DNA of 64,000 bases from Thermoanaerobaculia bacterium (GTDB lineage Bacteria > Acidobacteriota > Thermoanaerobaculia > Gp7-AA8), in contig DATELQ010000052.1 in the NCBI GenBank assembly GCA_035276475.1, forward strand, positions 67 through 64,066, read 5' to 3'. The notes under the pieces are model-generated. The model made no database searches. It saw only the letters and a list, made by a program, of their open reading frames with translations, and was not told the origin of the DNA. A program made the translations under genes and the position numbers. Positions 43,860 to 53,070 of this stretch are shown piece by piece. The number at the start of each line of letters is the position of its first letter. Within the stretch, counting starts at the first letter, position 1.

Positions 43860-45038
43860 CTACAGCGAGTTGCCGAAGTCGAACGGCGAGTCGTCGGAGA
43901 ACGGATCGCTCGAGTCGCTGGCGACGGAGAGCTTCGACTCCATCTCCTCTCGGGACATATCCGAGGTCGACTGGATGCCTTGCAGCTTGAGGCGGAACTC
44001 GTCGGGGTTCGAGGCGCGGCGCAGTGCTTCGTCGAGCGTGATCAGGCCGTTCTTGTAGAGCATGTAGAGCGACTGATCGAACGTCTGCATGCCGTACTGC
44101 GACGTCCCCTGCGAGATCGCGTCCTTGATCAGCTTCGTCTTTTCCTTGTTCTCGATGCAGTCGCGAATGTACGCGGTCGAGATCAGCACCTCGCACGCGG
44201 GCACGCGGCCGAGGCCGTCGGCGCGCGGGAGAAGGCGCAGCGAGACGACCGCTTTGAGCACCGCGGCGAGCTGCAGGCGGATCTGCTTCTGCTGGTGCGG
44301 CGGGAAGACGGAGATGATGCGGTTGATCGTCTCCGTCGCGTCCATCGTGTGCAGCGTGGAGAGCACCAGATGCCCGGTCTCCGCGGCCGTGAGCGCCGTC
44401 TCGATCGTCTCATAGTCGCGCATCTCGCCGACGAGGATGACGTCCGGGTCCTGGCGCAAGGCGCTGCGCAGCGCCTGCGAGAACGACTTCGTGTCGACCT
44501 CGATCTCGCGCTGGTTCACGATCGACTTCTTGTCGCGGTGAAGGAACTCGATCGGGTCCTCGACCGTCATGATGTGCTCGGTGCGGTGGGCGTTGATGTA
44601 GTCGATCATCGCCGCCAGCGTCGTCGACTTGCCGGAGCCGGTCGTGCCGGTGCAGAGAATGAGGCCGCGGCGCTCGTCGGCGATCTTCTCCAGGACGATC
44701 GGCAGCATGAGCTCGCGGATGGAGAGGATCTTGACCGGGATGACGCGGAGGACCATGCCGACGGTGCCGCGCTGCTGGAAGATGTTGCAGCGGAAGCGGC
44801 CCAGGCCAGGGACCGAGTAGGCGATGTCGATCTCGTAGTTGTTCTTGAACTTCTCCTTCTGCCGCGAGGACATGATGGAGAAGGCCATAGCGATCGTGTC
44901 CTCCTGCATGAGCCGCTTGAGCTCCACCAGCGGCACGAGCTCGCCGTCGACGCGGATGACCGGATGCGACCCGACTTTGATGTGCAGGTCCGACGCGCGG
45001 CGCTCGGCGGCGATCTTCAGGAGGTCGTTGATGTGCAT
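43860..45038 (-). CDS. pilT: type IV pilus twitching-motility ATPase
   Basis: 'MHINDLLKIAAERRASDLHI', Walker A 'GTTGSGKSTTLAAM', and 'TVEDPIEF' and 'ILVGEMRD' boxes are present. Length is 392 aa. Confidence 0.9.
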   Translation of the reverse strand: MHINDLLKIAAERRASDLHIKVGSHPVIRVDGELVPLVELKRLMQEDTIAMAFSIMSSRQKEKFKNNYEIDIAYSVPGLGRFRCNIFQQRGTVGMVLRVIPVKILSIRELMLPIVLEKIADERRGLILCTGTTGSGKSTTLAAMIDYINAHRTEHIMTVEDPIEFLHRDKKSIVNQREIEVDTKSFSQALRSALRQDPDVILVGEMRDYETIETALTAAETGHLVLSTLHTMDATETINRIISVFPPHQQKQIRLQLAAVLKAVVSLRLLPRADGLGRVPACEVLISTAYIRDCIENKEKTKLIKDAISQGTSQYGMQTFDQSLYMLYKNGLITLDEALRRASNPDEFRLKLQGIQSTSDMSREEMESKLSVASDSSDPFSDDSPFDFGNSL

Positions 45039-45061
45039 GAACGCGTTATTTTACGCCAATC

Positions 45062-45718
45062 ATGCTGAAGTCCGTGCTCCGCGTCCCCTCCGCACAACCC
45101 GACGACGTTCCGCTCCCGCTCGTGCTGGTCATGCACGGCCGCGGCGCCGACGCCAACGACCTCGCCGACCTCGCGCCGATGCTCGACCCGCCCGGCGGCG
45201 CGCGCTTCGTCTTTCCGAACGCGCCGAAGCCGTTCGAGGCCGCTCCCGGCATGACCTTCGGCTACAGCTGGTTCGACGGTTGGCCGCCGCGCGGCCAGTC
45301 GATGCAGGAGTCGCGCGCGCTGATCCTCGAGCTCATCGACGACCTCGTCGAGCGCTATCCGACGCCGCCCGGCAAGCTCATCGTCAGCGGCTTCTCGCAG
45401 GGTGGATTGATGTCGATCGACGCCGGTTTCCGGACGAAGCAAGAGGTCGCCGGCATCGTGGTGATGAGCGGCGCCATTGCCGAGTCCGACATGCCTGACT
45501 TCGCCGCGAAAAAGGACGTGCCGGTGCTGATCGTCCACGGCACCGCGGACGACATGATCCCGGTGCTGGCGGCGAGGCGGGCGCGGCGGATACTCGAGCA
45601 GCACGGTATCGAGCCCGAGTATCACGAGTTCCCGATGGGGCATCACGTGACGCCGGAGTCGATGGAGGTCGTACGCAATTTCATGGCAGCGCGATTGCTT
45701 CAATCGCCTACAACATGA
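45062..45718 (+). CDS. phospholipase/carboxylesterase-family alpha/beta hydrolase
   Basis: Nucleophile elbow 'GFSQGG' and 'PVLIVHGTADDMIP' (Asp/His region) are present. Length is 218 aa. Confidence 0.8.
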   Translation: MLKSVLRVPSAQPDDVPLPLVLVMHGRGADANDLADLAPMLDPPGGARFVFPNAPKPFEAAPGMTFGYSWFDGWPPRGQSMQESRALILELIDDLVERYPTPPGKLIVSGFSQGGLMSIDAGFRTKQEVAGIVVMSGAIAESDMPDFAAKKDVPVLIVHGTADDMIPVLAARRARRILEQHGIEPEYHEFPMGHHVTPESMEVVRNFMAARLLQSPTT

Positions 45719-46404
45719 CTCCAAATAACCGCTTCGCCGCCATCGCTCTCACGGTTGCGCTTGCTGTGCCCGCCGCGGAAGCTTCGATGGCGACGGCCGC
45801 CCCCTTCGAGGAGAAAGTCGACAACGCGAACTCCATCATCGTCGGGCGGTGTCTGAAAAACGAATCGCGCTGGGACCCGAGCGGCCGCTGGATCCTCACC
45901 TACTCGACGTTCAAGGTGACGAACACCCTCAAAGGGAGCGCGGCGCAGGAAGTGACGCTCGTCGTTCCGGGGGGCTCGATCGGCGGCGTGCACCAGAGCA
46001 GCGTCGGCCTGCCGGCGTTCAGCGAAGGGAGCGAGAACGTCCTCTTCATCCGCAACAGCAAGGTCGGTCCAACGGTGCTGTACTTCGACCAGGGGGCCTA
46101 CGACGTCAAGACGAACGATCGCGGCGAGAAGGTCGTCGAGCCGGTGGCCACCGACGTAGTGCACATCGACGCACAGCGGGGCGTGGCTGTGCCAGGCGAG
46201 GGGCCGCGCAGCTTGAGCGAGTTCAAAGGCGCGGTCGACCGCGCGGTTCGCACCGCCGACGAGCGTCGCCAGAAGATGGATCTCATTCGCGCGCGGCAGC
46301 AGAAGGGACCGTCGATCGGCTCGATGATCATCGGCAACAAGCTGGTGCTCGCGGCGCTGGCTATCGGATTGCTGCTGGCCGCGTGGCAGCTCTTCCGCCG
46401 GTAG
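45715..46404 (+). CDS. hypothetical secreted protein with C-terminal TM anchor
   Basis: A signal peptide and a C-terminal hydrophobic helix (LVLAALAIGLLLAAW) are present. It overlaps the esterase stop with an ATGA. Confidence 0.45.
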   Translation: MTPNNRFAAIALTVALAVPAAEASMATAAPFEEKVDNANSIIVGRCLKNESRWDPSGRWILTYSTFKVTNTLKGSAAQEVTLVVPGGSIGGVHQSSVGLPAFSEGSENVLFIRNSKVGPTVLYFDQGAYDVKTNDRGEKVVEPVATDVVHIDAQRGVAVPGEGPRSLSEFKGAVDRAVRTADERRQKMDLIRARQQKGPSIGSMIIGNKLVLAALAIGLLLAAWQLFRR

Positions 46405-46407
46405 CGC

Positions 46408-47025
46408 CTACATCGCCGCGCGCACGGCGGAGTCGAAGTCTTCGTACGTGCGGCCGCCGATGAGCATCCGCTGCGCCCGTCCTTCGCGGTCGAGCACGAG
46501 CGTCGTCGGCCGGCCGCTGTACGCCATCCGCTGGATGCCGGTCGTTGGCGAATCCGAGGTGAAGCGCGCCGTCATCGTCGACTGCGGGTACTTCGCCAGA
46601 TACTTGCGGAGGATCTCCGGCTCCTCGCTCGAGATCGTCAGCACGACGACGCCTTTGCCGCGGTACGCGTCCGCGAGGCGGCTCAAGTCCGGCATCTCCT
46701 TGCGGCACGGCGGGCACCACGTCGCCCAGTAGTTGACGACGACGACGTTGCCGCGCAGGTCGGTGAGGCGGTGGACGTCGCTCGAGTCGAGCATCGTGTA
46801 CTGCACGGTGCTGGTGCGGTGCTCGATGATTTTCGTGACCGTGGTGAAGAACCAGAACGCCAGCGACGCGACGGCGACGACGATGACGACGACGGCGTCG
46901 ATCAGCCAGTGGAACCAGCGCCGCGGGCGCTTGATCGCGGCGAAGATCAAGATGCCGACGATGATGGCGGTGGCGAGGACGGCGAGGTGGTGGTCGGCGA
47001 CGAAGCTGAAGAACTGCTGCTGCAT
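46408..47025 (-). CDS. TlpA/ResA-family thiol-disulfide oxidoreductase (membrane-anchored thioredoxin fold)
   Basis: An N-terminal TM helix is followed by 'NYWATWCPPCRKEMP' (CxxC). The start is at MQQQFFSF. The ORF track extends it spuriously to 47559. Confidence 0.8.
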   Translation of the reverse strand: MQQQFFSFVADHHLAVLATAIIVGILIFAAIKRPRRWFHWLIDAVVVIVVAVASLAFWFFTTVTKIIEHRTSTVQYTMLDSSDVHRLTDLRGNVVVVNYWATWCPPCRKEMPDLSRLADAYRGKGVVVLTISSEEPEILRKYLAKYPQSTMTARFTSDSPTTGIQRMAYSGRPTTLVLDREGRAQRMLIGGRTYEDFDSAVRAAM

Positions 47026-47061
47026 GGGATCCGAGTACGGATTTCGCACTTGTGAGTTGCG

Positions 47062-47838
47062 ATGACCACAAAAGCGGCGCCGCGGGCCGGGCTTCGACGC
47101 GCGCTCGATCAAAAGCAGCTCGTTCTCTTCTACCAGCCGATTCACGAGCTGGAGTCGCGCCGCGTCGTGGCCGCCGAGGCACTCTTGCGGGCGCGGCGGC
47201 GCAGCGGCGAGATCCGCAGCGCGGCGGCGCTGGCGAAGGCCGCCGAGGAAGGGCCGGACCTCTATCGCCTCGACTCGTGGCTCATCCGCCGCGCGTTCGA
47301 CGACGCCGCGGCGTGGCAGCGCGACGTCGCGCCGGAGTGCGCACTGCAGGTCAACGTGTCGCCGCGCGAGCTCGACGAGCGCGGACTCTCCACGCGGCTG
47401 CGCAAGCTCGCCAAGCTGACCGGCATCGAACCGCGCATGGTGCGCGTCGAGATCACGGAGACGAGCTTCATCGCCAAGCCGGGCGCCGCGGCGCGCGCGC
47501 TGCGGCAGGTGAAGTCCGTCGGCGTGGAGCTGTGGCTCGACGATTTCGGCACCGGGCATTCGTCGCTGTCACACTTGCTGTCGTTTCCGCTCGACGGGTT
47601 GAAGCTGCCCGCCGAGTTCGTGCAGCCGCTCGGCACCGACGAGCGCGCCTGTTCGTTGGTCCGGCACCTGATCGAGCTCGCGCACGACCTAGGGTTGCGC
47701 GTAACGGCCGAGGGCGTCGAGAACGGCGAGCAGCTCGCGGCGCTGCGGAAGGCGCAGTGCGACTTCGTGCAGGGGTTCCTCTTCTCGAAGCCGATGCCTG
47801 TGGAGCGCTTCCGCGAGTTTCTCAGGCGACCTTGGTGA
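47062..47838 (+). CDS. EAL-domain protein (putative c-di-GMP phosphodiesterase)
   Basis: 'AAEALLRAR', 'RVEITE', 'LWLDDFGTGHSSLS', 'TAEGVE' and 'QCDFVQGF' are EAL catalytic motifs. It is a stand-alone 258-aa domain. Confidence 0.85.
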   Translation: MTTKAAPRAGLRRALDQKQLVLFYQPIHELESRRVVAAEALLRARRRSGEIRSAAALAKAAEEGPDLYRLDSWLIRRAFDDAAAWQRDVAPECALQVNVSPRELDERGLSTRLRKLAKLTGIEPRMVRVEITETSFIAKPGAAARALRQVKSVGVELWLDDFGTGHSSLSHLLSFPLDGLKLPAEFVQPLGTDERACSLVRHLIELAHDLGLRVTAEGVENGEQLAALRKAQCDFVQGFLFSKPMPVERFREFLRRPW

Positions 47839-48529
47839 ACCGCGTTTCCTCGGGCGCGTACTCGTCACGGCGGCGGTCGAGGTCGCGCATGACGTTGCGC
47901 TTGAACTGCTCGGCGCCGCCCTTCATCTGCTCGTCGATGTAGTCGGCGATCTCGAGGTTCTCGATGCGCATGCGCACGGTCTTGAAGATGCGCGGCACTT
48001 TGCCGGGGATCTGCACGTGGTGCAGCCCGCCGCTGTAGGCGAGGAGCATGCGCCCTTCGCGAATGGCCAGGAGGATGTCGGCGATGCCGCCGCGCACGGT
48101 CATCGGATTTCCGTGCAGGTCGAGCCCGGTCTCCCTCTTCATCCGCCCCTCGGGCGCGATGATGACCATGGAGCGCGGATCGATTTTGTTGAGGACCTGG
48201 AACCAGGTGTCGTCGCGCTGCCGGGTGATGGCGATGACGTGGTGCGCGACGAATTTGAAGATGAGCCCAACGAGCGGCCGCCCTGTCGTCTTGTCCGCCG
48301 CCGGCACGACGCCGTGCGCGGCGATGCGCCAAATGAAGCGGTTCGGCACACCGCCGAGAAAGACCGGCTCGAAGAGCGAGGTGTGGTTGAGAAAGGCCAC
48401 GAGGCGGAGGCCTTTCCACGGGTCGGGTGGGGTGGGCCCAAGAAAGGCGAAGTCGTGCGAGTAGAAGACCTTCGAGAGGTATTTCAGGATGAGCAGCAGC
48501 GTGAAAACCGTGATGCTCCGGAAGATCCC
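47822..48529 (-). CDS. lysophospholipid acyltransferase (PlsC/LPLAT family)
   Basis: Acyltransferase motif I is 'FLNHTSLFEP' (HxxxxD-like block). 'IIAPEGRM' is the PEG motif. The start is at MGIFRS. Confidence 0.65.
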   Translation of the reverse strand, partial: GIFRSITVFTLLLILKYLSKVFYSHDFAFLGPTPPDPWKGLRLVAFLNHTSLFEPVFLGGVPNRFIWRIAAHGVVPAADKTTGRPLVGLIFKFVAHHVIAITRQRDDTWFQVLNKIDPRSMVIIAPEGRMKRETGLDLHGNPMTVRGGIADILLAIREGRMLLAYSGGLHHVQIPGKVPRIFKTVRMRIENLEIADYIDEQMKGGAEQFKRNVMRDLDRRRDEYAPEETRFTKVA

Positions 48530-48577
48530 CATGCGGCGCCGAAGGGTAGCACAGCGTCTCGTCGTAAGATTGCATCC

Positions 48578-48811
48578 ATGAGCAGCGATTGGCGTGAGCT
48601 CATCCGAGTCGACCCGAACGTCTGTCACGGCCAGGCGTGTGTCGAGGGAACGCGAATTCTGGTTTCGGTAGTGCTCGACAATCTAGCTGCCGGCCTGAAT
48701 GAGGCGGAGATCATTGCGAGCTATCCGCGGCTGACGCACGAGGCGATTCAGGCGTGCATTGCCTACGCGGCCGACCTCGCGCGCGAGCAGGTCGTTCCAT
48801 TCCCGGTATAG
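48578..48811 (+). CDS. DUF433-family protein (putative antitoxin-like partner)
   Basis: 'VDPNVCHGQACVEGTRILVSVVLDNLAAGLNEAEIIASYPRLTHEAIQACIAYA' matches the DUF433 consensus. Length is 77 aa. Confidence 0.65.
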   Translation: MSSDWRELIRVDPNVCHGQACVEGTRILVSVVLDNLAAGLNEAEIIASYPRLTHEAIQACIAYAADLAREQVVPFPV

Positions 48812-48820
48812 CCCGCCGCC

Positions 48821-49174
48821 ATGCAGTTCAAGATCGACGAGAACTTACCTGACGAGTTGTCCGCGCTGCTGCGTGAAAACGGTTGGGATTCCACGACAAT
48901 TGTCGAGCAGGACATCAGCGGCGCCGACGATCCCAAAGTCGCGAGCGTATGCGACGGAGAAGATCGGATTCTGATCACGTTTGACACCGGCTTCGCAAAC
49001 ATTCGTGCCTATCCGCCTGCCGATCACCCGGGCTATATCGTCTTTCGCCTCGCCCACCAGGACAAGCCGCACGTACTGCGAATCGCCGCGCAAGTCGTGG
49101 CCAAACTGCGCGACCGCGGACTGCGCAATGAGTTGTGGGTTGTGGACGAGAGCCGGATTCGAATTCGGTGGTGA
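48821..49174 (+). CDS. DUF5615 (PIN-like/Mut7-C-like) protein
   Basis: 'MQFKIDENLPDELSALLRENGWDSTTIVEQ...' is a typical DUF5615 N-terminus. It lies 9 bp after DUF433, and DUF433/DUF5615 pairs are recurrent putative TA modules. Confidence 0.6.
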   Translation: MQFKIDENLPDELSALLRENGWDSTTIVEQDISGADDPKVASVCDGEDRILITFDTGFANIRAYPPADHPGYIVFRLAHQDKPHVLRIAAQVVAKLRDRGLRNELWVVDESRIRIRW

Positions 49175-49873
49175 TCACGCGCCCAGGAACTCCCGCGCGA
49201 ACCTCGGCCCCCTCCCCTCGTCCTCGTGCTTGAAGAAGACGAAGGCCTCGTCCCACGGCTGGGCCTCGATGCGCTGGCGCCACTCGGCGAGCATCTCGGG
49301 CGTGTACTCGGTGCGGCGGAGGCGCAGGTAGCCCCACGTCGCCGTCGGCACGATGAGCGCGGCGGGGTCGGTCACCTCGTCCGTGTCGGACAGGCAGATC
49401 GCGGCGTTGTGCTCGCGCAGGACGGCGTAGACCTCGTCGTCGAGCCACGAGTCGTCGAGAAACTCCATCACCACGCGCGCCGTGGCGGGAATCATCGGGA
49501 GAAACGAGCGCAGCGCCTCCGTGTCCTTCTGCAGGAATGCCGGAAGCCGGAACAGCAGCGGCCCGAGCCGCGGGCCGAGCGTCGCCGCCACCTCCCAGAA
49601 GCGGGCCACGCCCGCGCCGGCGTTGACGAGCGTTTTCTGCTGCGTGATCCACCGCGGCGCCTTCAACGCAAAGAGGAACGACTCCGGCACCTGGGCCATC
49701 CACTTCTCGAACATCGACGGCTGCGGCATGCGATAGAACGTGGCGTTGATCTCGACCGTGTCGAATTGCCCGGCGTAGAACGCGAGCATCTTCGACGCCG
49801 GCATCCCCTCGGGATAGAAATTTCCCTTCCACTCCGCGTAGCTGTAGCCGCTCGTGCCGACGTGCAGCCGCAT
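49175..49873 (-). CDS. DUF72-family protein
   Basis: 'MRLHVGTSGYSYAEWKGNFYP' is the DUF72 signature. Length is 232 aa. Confidence 0.8.
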   Translation of the reverse strand: MRLHVGTSGYSYAEWKGNFYPEGMPASKMLAFYAGQFDTVEINATFYRMPQPSMFEKWMAQVPESFLFALKAPRWITQQKTLVNAGAGVARFWEVAATLGPRLGPLLFRLPAFLQKDTEALRSFLPMIPATARVVMEFLDDSWLDDEVYAVLREHNAAICLSDTDEVTDPAALIVPTATWGYLRLRRTEYTPEMLAEWRQRIEAQPWDEAFVFFKHEDEGRGPRFAREFLGA

Positions 49874-50099
49874 GAGCGAAACTATACGCGTGCGAGTTGC
49901 GCTCGTTCACACGGCCAGCGACAGCGAAGCGGCGGCGGTCGAGCGCGCGCTGACGGACGCCGGCATCGACTACGAGCTGCGCCTCGAGCCGAAGCTCGAC
50001 AGCGACGGCCCCTGTCTCCTCGGGCTGCTCTTCTCCGTCGAAGAAGAAGACGCCGCGCGCGGCCGCGAGCTGCTCGCCGCGGAAGGGATCATTCGATGA
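49872..50099 (+). CDS. small DUF2007-like protein (75 aa)
   Basis: 'IRVRVALVHTASDSEAAAVERALTDAGIDYEL...LLFSVEEEDAARGRELLAAEGI' resembles the DUF2007 putative-signal-transducing fold. Its stop overlaps the next gene start (ATGA). Its ATG overlaps the divergent DUF72 start, so there is no promoter space. Confidence 0.35.
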   Translation: MSETIRVRVALVHTASDSEAAAVERALTDAGIDYELRLEPKLDSDGPCLLGLLFSVEEEDAARGRELLAAEGIIR

Positions 50100-51460
50100 A
50101 GCTGCTCCTCGTTCTCCTGATCGCGCTGCCGCAGCAGTTCGGCACGATCTCGTTTCCCAACAGCGGCAAGCCGGAAGCGCAGGAGCCGTTCCTGCGCGGC
50201 GTGCTGCTGCTGCACAACTTCGCCTATCCGCAGGCGGCGCGCGCGTTCGAGGAGGCGGAGCGCATCGATCCGAATTTCGCGCTCGCCTACTGGGGCGAAG
50301 CGATGACGTACAACCACCCGATCTGGTACGAGGTCGATCTCGACCGCGGGCGCGACGCGGTCAAACGCGCGCAGCGCGCCGGAGGCGGACCGTGGATCGA
50401 CGCGGTGGCACAACTCTACGGCGAAGGCGACAAGGCGGCGCGCGACGCCGCGTACGAGCAGGCCATGGCGCGCCTCGCCGCGGCGAACCCGAACGACGTC
50501 GAGGCGCAGGTCTTCCACGCGCTGGCAATCCTCGGCACGGTCGGCCGCGACGAGGTCGACGCGCGCAAACGCATCCGTGCGGCCGCGCTGCTCGAGCCGA
50601 TCTTCGCGACGCACCGCGATCATCCCGGCGCGCTGCACTATCTGATTCACGCGTACGACGATCCGCTGCACGCGCCGCTCGGCCTCCGTGCCGCGCAGCG
50701 CTACGCCGGCGTCGCCTCGGGCGCCCCGCACGCGCTGCACATGCCGTCGCACATCTTCGTGCAGCTCGGGATGTGGCCCGAGGCGGCGAAGGCGAACGAG
50801 GCGGCGTACGCGCAGTCGCAGGAGTGGGTGACACGCGAGCACGCCGCGAGCGACAAGCGCGACCTGCACAGCCTCTCGTGGCTGCAGTACGCGTATCTGC
50901 AGATGCACCGCGCCGCCGACGCGCGGCGGCTGCTCGACGAGGTGCCGGCGAAGGAGGGCGAGGGGATGCGCGAGCGGCACACGCGCGAGTCGATGCAGGC
51001 GCGCTACGCGATCGAGAGCGGTGACTGGGGCGCGTTCGACTTCGCCGGAGCGCACGAGCCGGCGGCGATCTTCGCGCGCGGCCTGCGCGCGGTCGCGGCG
51101 AACGATGCGGCCGAGGCGGAGCGCGCGGCGAAGGAGCTGACGGCGGCGGGAAAGGAGCGCAGCGACGTCGAGGCCCGCACGGCCACGACGATGGAGCAGG
51201 AGCTGCGCGCGTCGATGGCGATGGCGCGCGGCGACACGGCGTCGGCGCTGCGCATGGCCGCGCAGGCGGCGCAGACGGAGGAGACGCTCGGCGTGCCGTC
51301 CGGGCCGCCCGATACGTTCAAGCCGGCCCGCGAGCTGTACGGCGAGCTGCTGCTCCGCGCGGGAAAGAAGAAAGAGGCGGCGGAGCAGTTCCGCATTGCC
51401 CTGACGCGGACGCCAAACCGCGCGGCATCGCTGGCGGGACTGGCGGCGGCGGAGCAATGA
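50096..51460 (+). CDS. secreted TPR-like helical-repeat protein
   Basis: A signal peptide (MKLLLVLLIALPQQ) is followed by an Ala-rich helical repeat architecture with several TPR-like pairs. No catalytic motif is seen. The ORF track shows a spurious 5' extension to 49226. Confidence 0.5.
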   Translation: MKLLLVLLIALPQQFGTISFPNSGKPEAQEPFLRGVLLLHNFAYPQAARAFEEAERIDPNFALAYWGEAMTYNHPIWYEVDLDRGRDAVKRAQRAGGGPWIDAVAQLYGEGDKAARDAAYEQAMARLAAANPNDVEAQVFHALAILGTVGRDEVDARKRIRAAALLEPIFATHRDHPGALHYLIHAYDDPLHAPLGLRAAQRYAGVASGAPHALHMPSHIFVQLGMWPEAAKANEAAYAQSQEWVTREHAASDKRDLHSLSWLQYAYLQMHRAADARRLLDEVPAKEGEGMRERHTRESMQARYAIESGDWGAFDFAGAHEPAAIFARGLRAVAANDAAEAERAAKELTAAGKERSDVEARTATTMEQELRASMAMARGDTASALRMAAQAAQTEETLGVPSGPPDTFKPARELYGELLLRAGKKKEAAEQFRIALTRTPNRAASLAGLAAAEQ

Positions 51461-51464
51461 CGCG

Positions 51465-51884
51465 TCAGCGCGGGTGGCAGTAGTCGCCGACGGCGGTGTA
51501 GACCTGCGTGCAGGTCTGATCGCCGGCGAGGTTTCGTTTCCCGCACTCAGCCGTCGCCCACTTCGCCGTGTCGATGATGCCGCTCGGCACCTGGTCGCAC
51601 CACCCCGCCGGCGCGGTCGATGCCTTGAGGCACGCCGAGGCGAATACGCGCGTGCGGATCTGGCCGCTGAAGCTGCGGTCGGCGCGGCGCAGCGCCTCGT
51701 CGATGCAGTCGTTCGGCGCCTTGCCGGCGCCAAACTCGGCGCCTTCTTTCTGCATCTTCTCGGCGGAGGCGCGGAGCTCCGGTCCGTGAGCCTTGAGCGC
51801 GCGGTAGCCGACGACGCCGATCACCACGATGATCAGCACGAACACGGCGACGAGGATGAGGATGATCTTCAACCAGCCCGGCAT
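51465..51884 (-). CDS. membrane-anchored Cys-containing hypothetical protein
   Basis: The start is at MPGWLKIILILVAVFVLIIVVIG (TM anchor). It is 139 aa with 6 Cys, and no motif is recognised. Confidence 0.45.
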   Translation of the reverse strand: MPGWLKIILILVAVFVLIIVVIGVVGYRALKAHGPELRASAEKMQKEGAEFGAGKAPNDCIDEALRRADRSFSGQIRTRVFASACLKASTAPAGWCDQVPSGIIDTAKWATAECGKRNLAGDQTCTQVYTAVGDYCHPR

Positions 51885-51901
51885 GGACGAATAATACGCT
51901 C

Positions 51902-52678
51902 GTGAACTTCGACAAGGCGATTGCGGCGATCGACGCGGGCGACGTGGCCACCCTGGAGCGCTTGCTCGCCGACGATCCCCGCCTGGCGCGCGAGCGCCTC
52001 GACGAGCCGACCGAGGGCTACTTCGCGCGGCCGTACCTCTTGTGGTTCGTCGCGGAGAATCCGATTCGGAATGAGACGCTGCCGCCGAACATCGTCGAGG
52101 TGACGCGGGCCATTCTCCGCGCCGCGCCGCACGAGCAGGAGGTGCTCGACTACGCGGTCGAACTGGTGGCGACGGGGCGCGTGCCGCGCGAGTGCGGCGT
52201 ACAGATCGCGCTGATCGACGCATTGATCGACGCCGGCGCCCACCCCAGCGGCTTGCACATCACGCTCGCGCATCGAGAGATGGACGCGGCGAAGCACCTC
52301 CTCGCCCGCGGCGCCGAGCTCACGCTCGCCGCCGCGATCTGCCTCGGCCGGCGCGATGACGTAGAACGCCTCGCCAAGACGCCGCAGGACCTGCAGACCG
52401 CCGTCGCCGCCGCCGCGTTCTATGGCGACGCCGAGGCGCTGCGGCTGCTGATCGGCCTCGGCGCCGACATCAACGCCTACTGCCCCGCCGGTTTCCACGC
52501 GCACTCGACGCCGCTGCACCAGGCCGTCTACTCCGGCTCGCTGGAGGCGGTGAAGGTGCTGGTCGAAGCCGGCGCCGACAGAACGGCGCGCGATCGCATG
52601 TACGACGGGACGCCGCGCGGGTGGGCGGAGTACTGCAAGCAAGGGGAGATCGCGGAGTATTTACTTCAGCTTCAGTGA
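51902..52678 (+). CDS. ankyrin-repeat protein
   Basis: 'GAHPSGLHITLAHREMDAAKHLLARGAEL', '...TPLHQAVYSGSLEAVKVLVEAGAD' and at least 3-4 ANK repeats are present. Confidence 0.8.
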   Translation: MNFDKAIAAIDAGDVATLERLLADDPRLARERLDEPTEGYFARPYLLWFVAENPIRNETLPPNIVEVTRAILRAAPHEQEVLDYAVELVATGRVPRECGVQIALIDALIDAGAHPSGLHITLAHREMDAAKHLLARGAELTLAAAICLGRRDDVERLAKTPQDLQTAVAAAAFYGDAEALRLLIGLGADINAYCPAGFHAHSTPLHQAVYSGSLEAVKVLVEAGADRTARDRMYDGTPRGWAEYCKQGEIAEYLLQLQ

Positions 52679-53059
52679 GGGACGAAACGGGGACTCCGGG
52701 CGCGGCGCGAGCGTCTGTCGACCCGGATCGACGATGAGGTCGAGCCGCTCCAGGACGAGTTGGCCGATGAGCGGTTCGCATTCGGGCGGGCCGACGAGAC
52801 AGTCGGTGTCCATCTGGCGGTCGCCGATCGTGAGTGACAGAAATCGCGCGCGAGGCAGCTCGATCTTCTGTTCGTTGGCCAGCGTCACGGTGATATTGCC
52901 GTCGAGGGGCAAGCCGAGCGCCTCCACGAGATCCTGCGGAATGAGCGTCATGACCGCGCCTGTATCGACAAGCGCGTCGATCTCAATGCGTCGCGGCGTC
53001 TTCTTCAGCCAGGCGTCGCTCTCGTTTTCGAGAATCACGTGCGCGCGGACTTCACCCAT
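52661..53059 (-). CDS. retropepsin-like (clan AA) aspartic peptidase
   Basis: 'IDALVDTGAVMTLIP' is the DTG active-site motif in a 132-aa single-lobe protein. Confidence 0.7.
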   Translation of the reverse strand: MGEVRAHVILENESDAWLKKTPRRIEIDALVDTGAVMTLIPQDLVEALGLPLDGNITVTLANEQKIELPRARFLSLTIGDRQMDTDCLVGPPECEPLIGQLVLERLDLIVDPGRQTLAPRPESPFRPSLKLK

Positions 53060-53070
53060 CGCACATCATT

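Noticed and set aside
43438-44058. 206-aa plus-strand ORF across the recX/pilT junction that also encodes 'NKKVKSEDLTP'
   Set aside because: The shared peptide is a by-product of the perfect 32-bp inverted repeat. The rest of the ORF is antisense to recX and pilT, which have clear family signatures.
49226-51460. 745-aa ORF giving a long N-terminal extension to the TPR-like secreted protein
   Set aside because: The upstream 290 codons run antisense through the DUF72 gene and the DUF2007-like ORF. An internal ATG at 50096 has an immediately following signal peptide and overlaps the upstream stop codon, so it is the credible start.
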